DNA of 64,000 nt from Bacillota bacterium (lineage in GTDB: Bacteria > Bacillota > Bacilli > ZCTH02-B2), in NCBI GenBank assembly GCA_017577895.2, contig PKQY02000004.1, forward strand, positions 4,834 to 68,833, in the 5' to 3' direction. Under the pieces are notes generated by a model. The model was not told where the DNA came from, made no database searches, and saw nothing but the letters and a program-made list of their open reading frames with translations. Positions 1 through 10,653 of the stretch are shown in pieces. Made by a program: the position numbers and the translations under genes. Each line of letters begins with the position of its first letter. The first letter of the stretch is position 1.

Positions 1-530
1 CGACCGCAACGACACGGCCACCGCCGGGGTGATACCGGCAAATGGCCGATTTCCCCGGCCATGTGACTGCTGCCGTGAAACAGCCGGCCATCGACGATGA
101 CCCCGCCGCCGACCCCTGTGCCCAACGTGAGGCAGAGCAACGGGTTTTTCCCGCGGCCGTGCCCTTGCCACGATTCGGCCAGGGCTGCCAAGTTGGCGTC
201 ATTGTCCACTTTCACCGGCCATGGAAAACGGTTCGCCAACATGTCTTGAACGGGCAGCTGTTGCCAACCGAGATTGATCGCTTCGTGCAAGAATCCTTGC
301 GCGTCCAAAAAGGCCGGCAACCCGACTCCGATTCCACGGAGTTGGCCCTCCGCCACCCCGTTTTCCCGGATTAACTGGGTCATCACGTCTTCTAAAACCG
401 TTGCCAGGTGGGACAGCCCTTTTTCTTTCTCTATCGGAAACACACGGCGGGCCATCAATCGGCCCTCTTCGTCCACCAACCCGACTTTGACAAAACTGGC
501 CCCGACATCGACGCCCACAGCCACGTCCAT
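1..530 (-). CDS. ROK-family sugar kinase (glucokinase), 3' end runs off the window
   Basis: Not in the ORF track; translated by hand: MDVAVGVDVGASFVKVGLVD...GIGVGLP...NLGW...VDNDANLAALAE...LTLGTGVGGG...AGEIGH...CRCG. These are ROK signatures including the start of the Zn-binding Cys motif. SD AGGAG overlaps the pgi stop; alternative ATGs at 536 and 539. Confidence 0.9.
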   Translation of the reverse strand, partial: MDVAVGVDVGASFVKVGLVDEEGRLMARRVFPIEKEKGLSHLATVLEDVMTQLIRENGVAEGQLRGIGVGLPAFLDAQGFLHEAINLGWQQLPVQDMLANRFPWPVKVDNDANLAALAESWQGHGRGKNPLLCLTLGTGVGGGVIVDGRLFHGSSHMAGEIGHLPVSPRRWPCRCG

Positions 531-542
531 AAACATCATCTC

Positions 543-1865
543 CTACTGGTGTTTTTCCATTTCCAGGATACGCCGCTTCAATTCGGCTCCCCACTCGCCC
601 GTACCGGGCTGTCCCAAAACCGCTGCCGCATACCGTTTATACGCCTCAACACCCGGCTGATCAAAGGGATTGACACCGGCCAAATAACCGCTCATGGCAC
701 ATGCCTTGAGAAAAAAATAAACGAGTTGACCGAACCAATACGCATCCATCTTCGGCAACCGCACCGCCAAATTCGGCACGCCGCCGTCGGCATGGGCCAG
801 ACGAGTCGCGATCATCGTCTGCCGGTTGATCCAATGGAGCGATTTCCCCGCTAAAAAATCGAACCCGTCAGCCCAATCGGCCACCTCTGGAATGGGAACT
901 GAAACATTCTCTTCTTCCACGTCGATGAACGTTTCAAACAAGATTCGCCGCCCTTGTTGAATGTATTGACCGAGGGAGTGCAAATCCGTGGTGAACTGGG
1001 CCGTAGCCGGAAAAAGACCTTGGCCGTTTTTTCCTTCACTTTCGCTGAACAACTGCTTCCACCATTCGCCGAAGGCCTGCCATCGCGGTTCATCGGTCAC
1101 CAACAATTCGACGATTTTGCCTTGTCGGTAGAACCAGTTGCGGTACACCGCATACCGATAAGCCGGATTCGCAGCCAAGTCGGGGTCCAAAAGCTGCTGG
1201 GCCGCCTCTTGCGCCCCTTTGAGGACCGCATGAATGTCGATGCCTGCTGCGGCCATGGGCAACAGCCCGACAGCCGTCAACACCGAATAGCGCCCCCCGA
1301 TGTTTTCCGGAACCGGCAACGTGCGAAAACCATGCGCATCCGCCAATTGTCGCAAGGCGCCAGCAGCGCCGGTCGTCACCACCACCCGCCGGCGGGCTTC
1401 CTCCGGCCCGTAACGGGACACCAATCGCGGCCACAAAAGGCGAAAAATGATGGCCGGTTCCAAGGTGGAACCGGATTTGGACACGACGTTCACCACAATT
1501 CGTTGATCTTCCAATTGGCGCCACATCTGTTCAAAATGGGCAGCGCTCAACTGATAACCCGCAAACCGCACCGCCGGACCATCGCCCGCCAACAAGTCGA
1601 CGGCCGCCCGCGCACCCAAATAAGAACCGCCGATACCGACGACCAACAAAACGTCAGCCTGCTGGCGTATAGCGGCTGCCGTTTCGCTGATGCGCTCCAC
1701 CGGCACTTGAGAGTCCTGAGGAACCTTGACCCAACCAAGTCCATCGTCTTCATCCCGGTGCAGCCGCTGATGCATGGCCGACACAAAAGGCTGCATTCGT
1801 GCCATTTGATCGGCAATGGCATTCGCATTTGCAAAGCGGTCGTCCAATACAAGTCGACCCGTCAT
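543..1865 (-). CDS. pgi: Glucose-6-phosphate isomerase
   Basis: GIGGSYLG, SKSGSTLEP, GGRYSVLT, ESEGK, DLHSLGQ and NPFDQPGVEAYK motifs; Bacillus-type ~440 aa. Confidence 0.95.
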   Translation of the reverse strand: MTGRLVLDDRFANANAIADQMARMQPFVSAMHQRLHRDEDDGLGWVKVPQDSQVPVERISETAAAIRQQADVLLVVGIGGSYLGARAAVDLLAGDGPAVRFAGYQLSAAHFEQMWRQLEDQRIVVNVVSKSGSTLEPAIIFRLLWPRLVSRYGPEEARRRVVVTTGAAGALRQLADAHGFRTLPVPENIGGRYSVLTAVGLLPMAAAGIDIHAVLKGAQEAAQQLLDPDLAANPAYRYAVYRNWFYRQGKIVELLVTDEPRWQAFGEWWKQLFSESEGKNGQGLFPATAQFTTDLHSLGQYIQQGRRILFETFIDVEEENVSVPIPEVADWADGFDFLAGKSLHWINRQTMIATRLAHADGGVPNLAVRLPKMDAYWFGQLVYFFLKACAMSGYLAGVNPFDQPGVEAYKRYAAAVLGQPGTGEWGAELKRRILEMEKHQ

Positions 1866-1908
1866 GGCATTTCGGACCTCGCTTCAAAAAATTCGCTTTT
1901 ATCCCCAC

Positions 1909-2808
1909 TCACCAACGCTCTTTTTCCGCCTGCAGCCGATCTTGCAAAAATACCAAATAATGTTCGTAACGAGATGCCGCGATGGCTCCTTCCTCCACCG
2001 CTTCTCGGACACGGCAGTCCGGTTCCTTCCAGTGACGGCATCCGCGAAAACGACAGGCGTCCGAAAACCGGGCGAACTCCGGAAATGTCGATGACAAATT
2101 GTCAGAGGTGATACGGGCAAAATCCAACTGGCTAAAGCCCGGCGTATCCACCAAGTAGCCCCCTTGGGGCAGCGGCAACAACTCCACGTGCCGTGTCGTA
2201 TGTCGGCCTCTACCCAACTTTTTGCTAATTTCTCCGGTCTCCATCTTACGTTCCGGCACAAAGGCATTGATCAGTGTCGACTTTCCGACACCGGACTGTC
2301 CGGCCAACACCGTCGTTTTTCCCCGCAAATGCTCGGCCAACTCCGCCAAGCCTTCTCCGGTCCGTACGCTGATGCAGACGACCGGATAACCAATGTCCAT
2401 ATAAATTTGGCGCGCCCGATAAAATTGTTCCACCGTTTCCGGGTCTTGGTCGGGCAACAGATCAATTTTCGAAAAACATATGACCGCCGATAATTGATGG
2501 GATTCGACATGCACGAGAAAACGATCCAACAGGATCAAGCTCAAGGCCGGCTCCGCGACAGAAAAGACGAGACACACTTGATCCATGTTGGCTACCGGCG
2601 GCCGAAACAATTGATTTTTTCGCGGCTTGATCGCCCGGATGACTCCGAGCCCGTCGGCCTCAACCGTCACTTCCACCCAATCGCCGACCAAAGGAGACAA
2701 GGCGTGTTTTTTGAACACGCCACGGGCTTTACAAGTAATGACCCCGTTTGGGGTATCCACATCGTAAAAATTGCTGATGGCTTTGACAATCCGCCCTTCC
2801 AGCGCCAT
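1909..2808 (-). CDS. rsgA: Ribosome small subunit-dependent GTPase A (CpgA/RsgA)
   Basis: Circularly permuted GTPase: SKIDL, GQSGVGKS, GRHTTR, DTPGF; Zn finger CRFRGCRHWKEPDC; ATG 2808 after SD GGGAGGG. Confidence 0.96.
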   Translation of the reverse strand: MALEGRIVKAISNFYDVDTPNGVITCKARGVFKKHALSPLVGDWVEVTVEADGLGVIRAIKPRKNQLFRPPVANMDQVCLVFSVAEPALSLILLDRFLVHVESHQLSAVICFSKIDLLPDQDPETVEQFYRARQIYMDIGYPVVCISVRTGEGLAELAEHLRGKTTVLAGQSGVGKSTLINAFVPERKMETGEISKKLGRGRHTTRHVELLPLPQGGYLVDTPGFSQLDFARITSDNLSSTFPEFARFSDACRFRGCRHWKEPDCRVREAVEEGAIAASRYEHYLVFLQDRLQAEKERW

Positions 2809-2840
2809 CACATCCCTCCCCTGACCGTTCAGTGTACTCC

Positions 2841-4586
2841 TCAATCAAGCGAATTGTCCCCTCCCGACTCCGGCAGTTCATCCTGTAGCCCGTCGAACTG
2901 TTCGTCCTCCGGCACTTTGCCGCTGCTGACCCATAGATCCACGCTCGCCCCCACCGGCACCGGATCCCCCGGTTCATAAGGAAATTGCCGCAACACGGTT
3001 CCTTGCGCCGCCGTGCTCGCCTGCGTGTACACCCTTCCCAAGGACAGCTCCATCTCCAACAAACGGGCTTCGGCTTCTTTCAGCGACAAGCCCCGCAAAT
3101 TGATCATCGTCAACATTTCCGGCCCGGCACTGACGACCAGTTTAACGGTCGTCTGGCCCGGAATGACCGTCGAGCGGGCCGCCGGCTCATGGCGAATGAC
3201 ATACCCCTTCGGCACCCTTTGACTGTATTCTTCAATGATCTCATAAGCCAATCCAAGATTTTCCAACTCCGCCGCCGCCTCTTGCCGGCTGCTTCCTTCA
3301 AGCGCCGGCAACACAACAGACGGCGGACCCGTGCTGACCCAAATCCGCACCGTTCGGTTGCTTTTCACTTTCAATTGGCCCGGCGGATCTTGTCGGACCA
3401 CATGACCCGCGGGGACCAATTCATTTTCTACTTCAAATCGTTCTACATTCAATCCGGCCTCGGTCAACAGGCGCACGGCTTCTTCGGCCGGCAGACCGAC
3501 CACATCGGGCGTCACCACTTCCGGGACGACCCATTTCGCTTGCAATTGATGCCATCCCCATCCGCCCAAAAGGACGAGAACCGCCAACACGCTCAAAAAA
3601 ACCGTCATCCGTCTTTTCACCCGGCGCCGGGACGACGATTCCGCCGAACCGGTGCCTTCTTCGTCCGACGGCCGTTCTTCCGGGGCACCGACATAGGATT
3701 TCGGCAACGAAGGCATCAGTCGGGTCGCTTGTTCATCTTCGGAAAACGCCGGCGGCGGCGCCACTTCCCCGCCAGGCTGGAGCACCAACGCCAAATCGTC
3801 CCGCATTTGTTCAGCTGTCTGATACCGTTGGCGCAAGTCTTTGGCCAGCGCCCGGGCCAACACGTTTTCCAAACTCCGGGGAACAAGCCGGTTTTTTTCA
3901 TATGCCGGCGGATACGGTTCCTGCAAATGTTTGAGGGCTACCGTCACGGGCGTGTCGCCGGAGAAGGGCAATTCGCCGGTCACCATTTCATACAGCACCA
4001 CGCCTAACGAATATAAGTCCGACTGCCCAGTGACGATCGCCCCCTTGGCCTGCTCCGGGGAACAATAATGGACGCTGCCCAACACCGTGCCGTGGGTGAT
4101 GGTCGCCTCGCTCGACGCCTGGGCGATGCCAAAGTCGGTCACTTTCACTTGCCCGTCGTCCGTAATGAGCACATTGTGCGGCTTGATGTCACGGTGAACG
4201 ATTTGTTGACGGTGGGCATAGGCCAGCGCATCGCAGATCTGCATCGCAATCCGAACCGCTTCTTCCACGGGTAACGGTGCTTGGCGCGAAATTTTCTCCT
4301 TCAGCGACTCCCCTTCCACATATTCCATGACGATGTAGGGCACGCCGTTTTCTTGTCCGATATCGTAAAACTGGACGATATTGGGATGGGACAAGCGGGA
4401 AACCGCTTCCGCCTCCCTTTGGAAACGGCGGGTAAACGCTTCGTCATGAACGAATTGTTCTTTCAACATTTTAATCGATACAAACCGCAGTTCCTGTAAA
4501 TCCAACCCTTGGTAGACCGTCGCCATGCCCCCGCTGCCGATCCGCTTGATCACTTGATACCGACCGTTGAGCACATGTCCGATCAT
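2841..4586 (-). CDS. prkC: PASTA-domain Ser/Thr kinase PrkC (PknB/Stk1 family)
   Basis: GSGGMATVY, HRDIKPHN, DFGIA, GSVHYCSPEQ kinase motifs, one TM helix and about three PASTA repeats; start at MIGHVLNGRY. Confidence 0.95.
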   Translation of the reverse strand: MIGHVLNGRYQVIKRIGSGGMATVYQGLDLQELRFVSIKMLKEQFVHDEAFTRRFQREAEAVSRLSHPNIVQFYDIGQENGVPYIVMEYVEGESLKEKISRQAPLPVEEAVRIAMQICDALAYAHRQQIVHRDIKPHNVLITDDGQVKVTDFGIAQASSEATITHGTVLGSVHYCSPEQAKGAIVTGQSDLYSLGVVLYEMVTGELPFSGDTPVTVALKHLQEPYPPAYEKNRLVPRSLENVLARALAKDLRQRYQTAEQMRDDLALVLQPGGEVAPPPAFSEDEQATRLMPSLPKSYVGAPEERPSDEEGTGSAESSSRRRVKRRMTVFLSVLAVLVLLGGWGWHQLQAKWVVPEVVTPDVVGLPAEEAVRLLTEAGLNVERFEVENELVPAGHVVRQDPPGQLKVKSNRTVRIWVSTGPPSVVLPALEGSSRQEAAAELENLGLAYEIIEEYSQRVPKGYVIRHEPAARSTVIPGQTTVKLVVSAGPEMLTMINLRGLSLKEAEARLLEMELSLGRVYTQASTAAQGTVLRQFPYEPGDPVPVGASVDLWVSSGKVPEDEQFDGLQDELPESGGDNSLD

Positions 4587-4600
4587 CGCCCCACCCCCGG

Positions 4601-5368
4601 TTAATCGTCCACCGCCGGCCGGTCTTGTGATGAACGGACGGGCGGGGAAAACAATATGAGGGAAATGTTGTCTTCGCCCCCTTGACGCAACGCTTGTTCC
4701 AGGAGGCGGTCCGCTTTTTCTTGAATCGTTCCTTCGCTTTGCAACACTTGGCTGATCTGTTCGTCGCTGAGCATGCTGGTCAAACCATCGCTGCACAGCA
4801 ACAACAAATCTTCCGCTTGCGGCTGGTACGCATTGAACTCGACTTCGACGGTTTCATCGGTTCCCAAAGCCCGGACGAGAATGTTCCGTTGCGGATGACG
4901 ATTGGCTTCATCGGCCCGGAGTTGCCCGCTTTTCACCAATTCGTTGACCAAGGAGTGGTCGGCCGTGATCGGTTGCAGACGGGACGATTGCCAGGCATAC
5001 GCCCGACTGTCGCCTATGTGGGCAATCCATCCCCAATCACCGGTAATCAACGCCACCACGATGGTCGTCCCCATCCCGGAAAGCTGCGGATCCGCCTGCG
5101 CCCGTTCATAAATGGCCCGGTTGGCTTTGAGAATGGCCGCTTCCAAATCGTTGCGTGCCTCCTCCGGCCGCATCCGGGAAGAAACATGTTGCAATTCCTG
5201 GCGGATGACATCGATGGCGGTGCCGCTGGCTACTTCGCCCGCCTGATGCCCGCCCATACCATCGGCGACCATGGCCAAGATAATCCCTTCTTCAGGCTCG
5301 GCAAAATATACGGCATCCTCGTTGACCGACCGCACTTTTCCTGCATCGGTGCGCCATACACCATTCAC
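4601..5368 (-). CDS. prpC: PP2C-type Ser/Thr phosphatase PrpC (Stp1)
   Basis: RSVNED, VADGMGGH, HIGDSR, CSDGL, GGEDNIS; GTG 5368 after SD GGAGG. Confidence 0.95.
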   Translation of the reverse strand: MNGVWRTDAGKVRSVNEDAVYFAEPEEGIILAMVADGMGGHQAGEVASGTAIDVIRQELQHVSSRMRPEEARNDLEAAILKANRAIYERAQADPQLSGMGTTIVVALITGDWGWIAHIGDSRAYAWQSSRLQPITADHSLVNELVKSGQLRADEANRHPQRNILVRALGTDETVEVEFNAYQPQAEDLLLLCSDGLTSMLSDEQISQVLQSEGTIQEKADRLLEQALRQGGEDNISLILFSPPVRSSQDRPAVDD

Positions 5369-5396
5369 AACCGTTCCCTCCTCTGGCTCCCGGCGC

Positions 5397-6779
5397 TCAT
5401 CCGACACGACCGGCAGAGCCGGACGACTGTTTTTTCAAGCGGGCAATGAAAAAACCGTCACTGTCGTACTGATCCGGAAAAATTTGGACCATCCCTTCGG
5501 CACACAACGGATGGGGCGTTTCCCGATCCAACTGAAACTCCCGATGCCGGTCCAAAAACCAGGCGATATTCTCTTCGTTTTCCTCGTGTGCCAACGTACA
5601 CGTGCTGTACACCAAAATACCCCCTGGGCGAACCATGGGTGCCACACCGGCCAACAGCTCCCGCTGCAAATGCACCAATCGGGAGATATCGTCTTCTTGT
5701 CGCTGCCATTTGATCTCCGGCCGCCGGCGGATGACGCCGAGGCCGCTGCACGGCACGTCCAACAACACCGCATCAAAGAGCTCCGTCTCCTGCTGCGCCG
5801 CCGTTCGGGCATCTTGTCGCTTCACTGTGATAGATGATAAACCTAACCGTCTCGCCGCTTGCTGGACGAGCTGCACTTTGTGATCGTAAATATCCCAGGC
5901 GACCACCGTCCCCTGATCGCCCATCCATTCGGCCAGATGGGTCGTTTTCCCGCCCGGCGCCGCACAAGCGTCCAACACCCGCATGCCGGGCTCCGGGGCA
6001 ACGATTTCACTGACGAGTTGCGCGCTTTCGTCTTGCACGGTCAGCCAGCCTTCTTGATACCAACGGCTTTGGGCCAACGGCACCGTGCCGACATAACGGA
6101 TCCCTTGCGAAGCGATGGGTGACGGTTGAACCTCCCCCGGGAGTTGTTGGCGCAATTGCTCCAACAGTTCGTCCCGGGAAATTTTCAGTCGGTTGACCCG
6201 GATCGCCTGCACCGGCGGGCAGTTGTTTTTCCGCAACATGGCCTCCGTCCGTTCGGGGCCGTACTGCTTCAGCCACCGTTTGACCAGCCACTCGGGATGG
6301 GAATGTTCCAACGCCCAACGTTGGATGAGGGGCAAATCGTCAGGAATGACCCGTCGTTCCGGATGTCGCAAAAAATTGCGCAATGTGCCGTTGACAAAAC
6401 TGCCAATCCCGGCATGGCCCCAGGACTTGGCCAATTTGACCGCCTCGTCGACCACCGCATGATCCGGAATGCGATCCAGATACACCAATTGATAGACGCT
6501 CAGGCGCAACAAATTCCGCACCCAGCCGTCCAATTCCGACAAATCCCGCCGAACGAAGGGAGACAACATCCAATCGAGGGTATTAAGCCGTTGCAACGTC
6601 CCGTACGTAATTTCCGTCGCCAACGCGGCGTCGGCCCGGGAAAGGCGGGACTGTTGCAACACGTGGTTTAATTTCAAATTGCTGTACGCCCCAGCCTCCA
6701 CCGATGTTAAAACCGCCAAGGCGGCTGCCCTGGCGTTGTCGATGTGCGGTTTGAACTTCTTGCCTTGTCGTCGTTTCAC
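5397..6779 (-). CDS. rsmB: 16S rRNA m5C967 methyltransferase
   Basis: NusB-like N-terminus, [16 protein letters not shown] and YSTCT catalytic Cys motifs; follows fmt. Confidence 0.95.
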   Translation of the reverse strand: MKRRQGKKFKPHIDNARAAALAVLTSVEAGAYSNLKLNHVLQQSRLSRADAALATEITYGTLQRLNTLDWMLSPFVRRDLSELDGWVRNLLRLSVYQLVYLDRIPDHAVVDEAVKLAKSWGHAGIGSFVNGTLRNFLRHPERRVIPDDLPLIQRWALEHSHPEWLVKRWLKQYGPERTEAMLRKNNCPPVQAIRVNRLKISRDELLEQLRQQLPGEVQPSPIASQGIRYVGTVPLAQSRWYQEGWLTVQDESAQLVSEIVAPEPGMRVLDACAAPGGKTTHLAEWMGDQGTVVAWDIYDHKVQLVQQAARRLGLSSITVKRQDARTAAQQETELFDAVLLDVPCSGLGVIRRRPEIKWQRQEDDISRLVHLQRELLAGVAPMVRPGGILVYSTCTLAHEENEENIAWFLDRHREFQLDRETPHPLCAEGMVQIFPDQYDSDGFFIARLKKQSSGSAGRVG

Positions 6780-7729
6780 CCGTCGGTACCTCCGCTAGCA
6801 AAGCGCTCCCCAGGGTGGATGGCCCGTCCCCGAAGATAATCGGCCATCGCCATCCGCTTCTTACCAGCCGGCTGAATTTCCAACAGTTCAACGGCATCTT
6901 GGCCGCATGCCACCACCACCGATTCCGATGACACTTCCAAAACGGTGCCCGGCGGCTGATCATGATCCTTGGCCACCGGCTTTACCCACCAAACTTTCCA
7001 GATATCGTCCTGATACACCGTGTACGCCACCGGCCATGGATTGAGGCCCCGCACCTGGTTATAGACGTCTACCGCTGACCGGCTCCAGTCGATGCGCTCA
7101 TCATCCCGGCGGATGTTTGGCGCATACGTCGCGAGGCGTTCATCTTGCGGCCGCGCCCGGACCGTTCCGGCAAACAAGGCGGGGAGCGTCTCCACCAGCA
7201 GTTGGGCCCCCACGTCCTTCAGCCGATCGTGCAACGTGCCCACTGTGTCCTCCCAAGCGATGGGAACCGCCCGCTGGGCGATGATGTCTCCGGCATCCAG
7301 TTCTTCCGTCATGTACATGAGCGTGATGCCCGTCTCTTTTTCACCACGGATGATAGCCCAGTGGATGGGTGCACCGCCGCGATATTTGGGCAAAAGGGAG
7401 GCGTGCACATTGACGCAGCCGAATCGGGGCGCTTGCAAGAGGGCCGGCGGCACCAGCTGTCCGTACGCCGCCGTCACGATCAAGTCCGGTCGCCATGCGA
7501 GGACCGCTTCCACCGCTTCCGGACGACGAATTTTTTCCGGCTGCAACACCGGGATGCCAAATCGTTGGGCTGCTTCCTTAACCGGCGGCGGCGTCAACAC
7601 TTTTTTCCGCCCTTTCGGTTTGTCGGGCTGGGTGACCACTCCGACCACTTCGTAGGGCGAGCGGACCAACGCCTCCAAAATCGTCACGGCAAAATCCGGC
7701 GTTCCCATGAACACGATGCGGTGATTCAT
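6776..7729 (-). CDS. fmt: Methionyl-tRNA formyltransferase
   Basis: [29 protein letters not shown]. Confidence 0.97.
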   Translation of the reverse strand: MNHRIVFMGTPDFAVTILEALVRSPYEVVGVVTQPDKPKGRKKVLTPPPVKEAAQRFGIPVLQPEKIRRPEAVEAVLAWRPDLIVTAAYGQLVPPALLQAPRFGCVNVHASLLPKYRGGAPIHWAIIRGEKETGITLMYMTEELDAGDIIAQRAVPIAWEDTVGTLHDRLKDVGAQLLVETLPALFAGTVRARPQDERLATYAPNIRRDDERIDWSRSAVDVYNQVRGLNPWPVAYTVYQDDIWKVWWVKPVAKDHDQPPGTVLEVSSESVVVACGQDAVELLEIQPAGKKRMAMADYLRGRAIHPGERFASGGTDG

Positions 7730-8196
7730 TCACGCTGCTCCTTTTCGGGTTCGTAAAAGACCGTGGTGAGATCGGTGAACAAAATGCCGTTTAAATGATC
7801 GACTTCGTGCTGAATGGCACGGGCCAAATACCCTTCGGCGTTCAACACAAATTTTTCCCCGTGCCGATTGAGGGCTTCCACCGTGCAACGCATAGCCCGT
7901 TTGACTTCACCGACAAGTCCGGGAATGCTGAGACAGCCTTCCGGCCCCACTTGTTCCCCTTCCCGCGACGTGATCACCGGGTTAATCATTTCGATCAACC
8001 CGTCGCCCACATCGATGACGACGACCCGTTTCAGCACACCTACTTGCACCGCAGCCAACCCGACGCCGCCGGCATCGTACATCGTCTCTGCCATATCGTC
8101 CAACAATTTATGAATATTCGGCGTAATTTCCCGCACTTCTTTGCTCACTTTGCGCAAAATCGGATCCGGTTCCTTCACGATGACCCGTACCGCCAT
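7726..8196 (-). CDS. def: Peptide deformylase
   Basis: [22 protein letters not shown]. Confidence 0.97.
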   Translation of the reverse strand: MAVRVIVKEPDPILRKVSKEVREITPNIHKLLDDMAETMYDAGGVGLAAVQVGVLKRVVVIDVGDGLIEMINPVITSREGEQVGPEGCLSIPGLVGEVKRAMRCTVEALNRHGEKFVLNAEGYLARAIQHEVDHLNGILFTDLTTVFYEPEKEQRE

Positions 8197-8217
8197 CGGC
8201 TCACCCCTTCCTTTCCG

Positions 8218-10653
8218 TTACGACAACATCCGCGGATCCACGTCGATGGTCAACTGCACGTGCTGCTTTTTCAACCGCGGTTCCCACTCGGCGATGGCTT
8301 CTTGCAATACGGCACGAACTGTCGGTTCATCGGTATATTTTATCATGCTCTGGTACCGATATCTATTTTTCATGCGGGAAATCGTTGCCGCCGCCGGTCC
8401 CAGCACTTGGGCCACCTTATGCAGCCGGTCGGCAAGCCATCGGGTCATTTGCGCCGCCCAAGTCAAGGCCACCGCCGACTCCGGGTGCGTAAACACGAGT
8501 TGCACCAAACGACGATAAGGCGGGTATCCCGCTTGTCGACGCAGGGCCATTTCCCGGGCAAAAAAACGGGCATAATCTTGGGCCGCGGCAGCCTGGATGA
8601 TGTCGTGCTCCGGGTTGAAACTCTGAATGATCACTTCTCCCGGACGATGATGGCGACCGGCCCGACCGCTCACTTGTGTCAGCAGTTGGAACGTCCGTTC
8701 GCCGGCTCGAAAATCGGGCAAATACAATAACGAGTCGGCCAAAATGACGCCGACCAACGTCACGTTTGGAAAATCTAGGCCTTTGGCGATCATCTGGGTT
8801 CCGATGAGCACGTCCGCTTCTTGCCGGTAAAAGCGGGCCAACAGCTGTTGATGGGCCCCTTTTTGGGACGTCGTATCGGCGTCCATCCGCAAAACGCGAA
8901 CACCGGGAAACAGGCGGTGCAACTCTTCTTCCACCCTTTGCGTCCCGGCCCCCAAATGGCGAATCGGTCCACTGCCGCATGTCGGGCAAGTGGCCGGTTC
9001 CACAGTCGCATAGCCGCAATAATGGCAACGCAAGTGGTGACCGACCCGGTGATACGTCAACGAAATGTCGCAAGCCGGGCACTTCATCACCGAACCGCAA
9101 CTCCGACACATGACAAAATGGGCAAAGCCGCGGCGATGTTGAAAAAGTATGACCTGTTCGTTTCGCCGAAACCGTTCCGCCATGCGTTTTGCCAACATGC
9201 GGCTGAACAAGCTGCGGTTGCCGGCTTGCAATTCTTGCCGCATGTCCACCACATGCACCTGAGGAAGGGGCCGATCGTGCACCCGTCGCTTCATTTGCAA
9301 CAAGGTGAAGCCGCCCTTCTGCGCCGCCGCATACACCTCCAACGATGGAGTGGCGCTGCCCAGCACCACCACCGCTTGGTGGTAACGGGCCCGCCGCAAG
9401 GCGACGTCCCGGGTATGATAACGGGGGGCCTCTTCCTGTTTGTACGTTCCTTCGTGCTCTTCGTCGACAATGATGAGACCGAGCCGCTCAAACGGCGCAA
9501 ACACAGCCGAACGGGCACCGATGACGACCTTCGCCTGACCTTCCTGGATACGCCGCCATTCGTCGAAACGTTCTCCCGGAGACAACCGGCTGTGAAAGAC
9601 CGCCACTTGCGGGCCAAATCGGCGCCGGAAGCGCTCCACCATCTGCGGGGTCAAAGAAATTTCCGGCACTAGGACAATGGCCGACCGCCCTTGTTGCAAA
9701 CAGTAGCGTATGGCTTGCATGTACACTTCGGTTTTGCCGCTGCCCGTCACGCCGTGCAACAAAAAGGCGTGATATTGCCGCTGGGACAATGCCTCGATCA
9801 ACGGAACGAGGGCTGCTTGCTGTTCTTCGGTGAGCGCATAAGGCGCCTCCTCTTCCAGCGGCAGCCCGTCGGAAGGTTCTCGAAACACATCTTTCTCCAC
9901 TCGTTCCAACACGCCTTGTCGAATGAGGGCATTCAACGTCGTCGTGGAGACTCCCCATTGCTTCATCAAATCGGCTTGCAACCATTCCCGTTGCGGCTCT
10001 TCACGCAGACGGCGCAACACTTCCCGTTGCTTGACGGCCCGGGGAGAACATTGTTCCAACAGACGGTCCAATTGCTCCCGCTCCATGATCCGGCGCAGAT
10101 AGACCGCCTTTTTTACCCGCACCGGCCGATGAACTTCGGAACGGACCCGCAAACGACCCTCCCGCCGCCAACGGTGGAGCAGGCGTTCATGCTGGGGAAA
10201 CGCCTGCAACAACGCTTTCCAAGAGACCGACCCCCGATGTCGAAAATATTCGAAAATCTCCCGTTCTTCTTCACGTTGTAGTTCTACGTCACCGGCCAAC
10301 GCCACTTCCACCGTATATTTTCCCCGGATGCCGGCCGGGATCATGGCCTTTAACGCCGTCATCCACGGGCAGAGCGTTTTGCGGCTGAGCCAATACCCTA
10401 ATTGAACCAACTCTTCCGTCAACGGCGGCGGCACCACTTCCTCAATTTCCCGCAAGGCGACCTCCGGCAAATCAGCCTCGGTTTGCGGTGTCGCCACTTC
10501 GACCACGATGCCGTCCACCCGACGGTTGCCAAATGGCACCACCACCCGGGCGCCGACGCCCACCTCATTCTCCCATTGCGGCGGCACCAAATACGTGTAG
10601 GTCTGATCGCCGACCGAACCGGGAACGTCCACCACGACGTGGACCTTTTTCAT
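8218..10653 (-). CDS. priA: Primosomal protein N' (replication restart helicase)
   Basis: GVTGSGKT, DEEH, SATPS, four CxxC pairs, QVSGRAGR; ATG overlaps the coaBC stop (ATGA). Confidence 0.96.
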   Translation of the reverse strand: MKKVHVVVDVPGSVGDQTYTYLVPPQWENEVGVGARVVVPFGNRRVDGIVVEVATPQTEADLPEVALREIEEVVPPPLTEELVQLGYWLSRKTLCPWMTALKAMIPAGIRGKYTVEVALAGDVELQREEEREIFEYFRHRGSVSWKALLQAFPQHERLLHRWRREGRLRVRSEVHRPVRVKKAVYLRRIMEREQLDRLLEQCSPRAVKQREVLRRLREEPQREWLQADLMKQWGVSTTTLNALIRQGVLERVEKDVFREPSDGLPLEEEAPYALTEEQQAALVPLIEALSQRQYHAFLLHGVTGSGKTEVYMQAIRYCLQQGRSAIVLVPEISLTPQMVERFRRRFGPQVAVFHSRLSPGERFDEWRRIQEGQAKVVIGARSAVFAPFERLGLIIVDEEHEGTYKQEEAPRYHTRDVALRRARYHQAVVVLGSATPSLEVYAAAQKGGFTLLQMKRRVHDRPLPQVHVVDMRQELQAGNRSLFSRMLAKRMAERFRRNEQVILFQHRRGFAHFVMCRSCGSVMKCPACDISLTYHRVGHHLRCHYCGYATVEPATCPTCGSGPIRHLGAGTQRVEEELHRLFPGVRVLRMDADTTSQKGAHQQLLARFYRQEADVLIGTQMIAKGLDFPNVTLVGVILADSLLYLPDFRAGERTFQLLTQVSGRAGRHHRPGEVIIQSFNPEHDIIQAAAAQDYARFFAREMALRRQAGYPPYRRLVQLVFTHPESAVALTWAAQMTRWLADRLHKVAQVLGPAAATISRMKNRYRYQSMIKYTDEPTVRAVLQEAIAEWEPRLKKQHVQLTIDVDPRMLS

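Noticed and set aside
42-660. Short ORF-track calls at the window start
   Set aside because: They are wrong-frame or antisense readings of the ROK kinase, which the track missed because its stop lies outside the window.
2841-4796. Apparent 70-aa N-terminal extension of PrkC
   Set aside because: It overlaps prpC; the kinase begins at MIGHVL (4586) after an SD.
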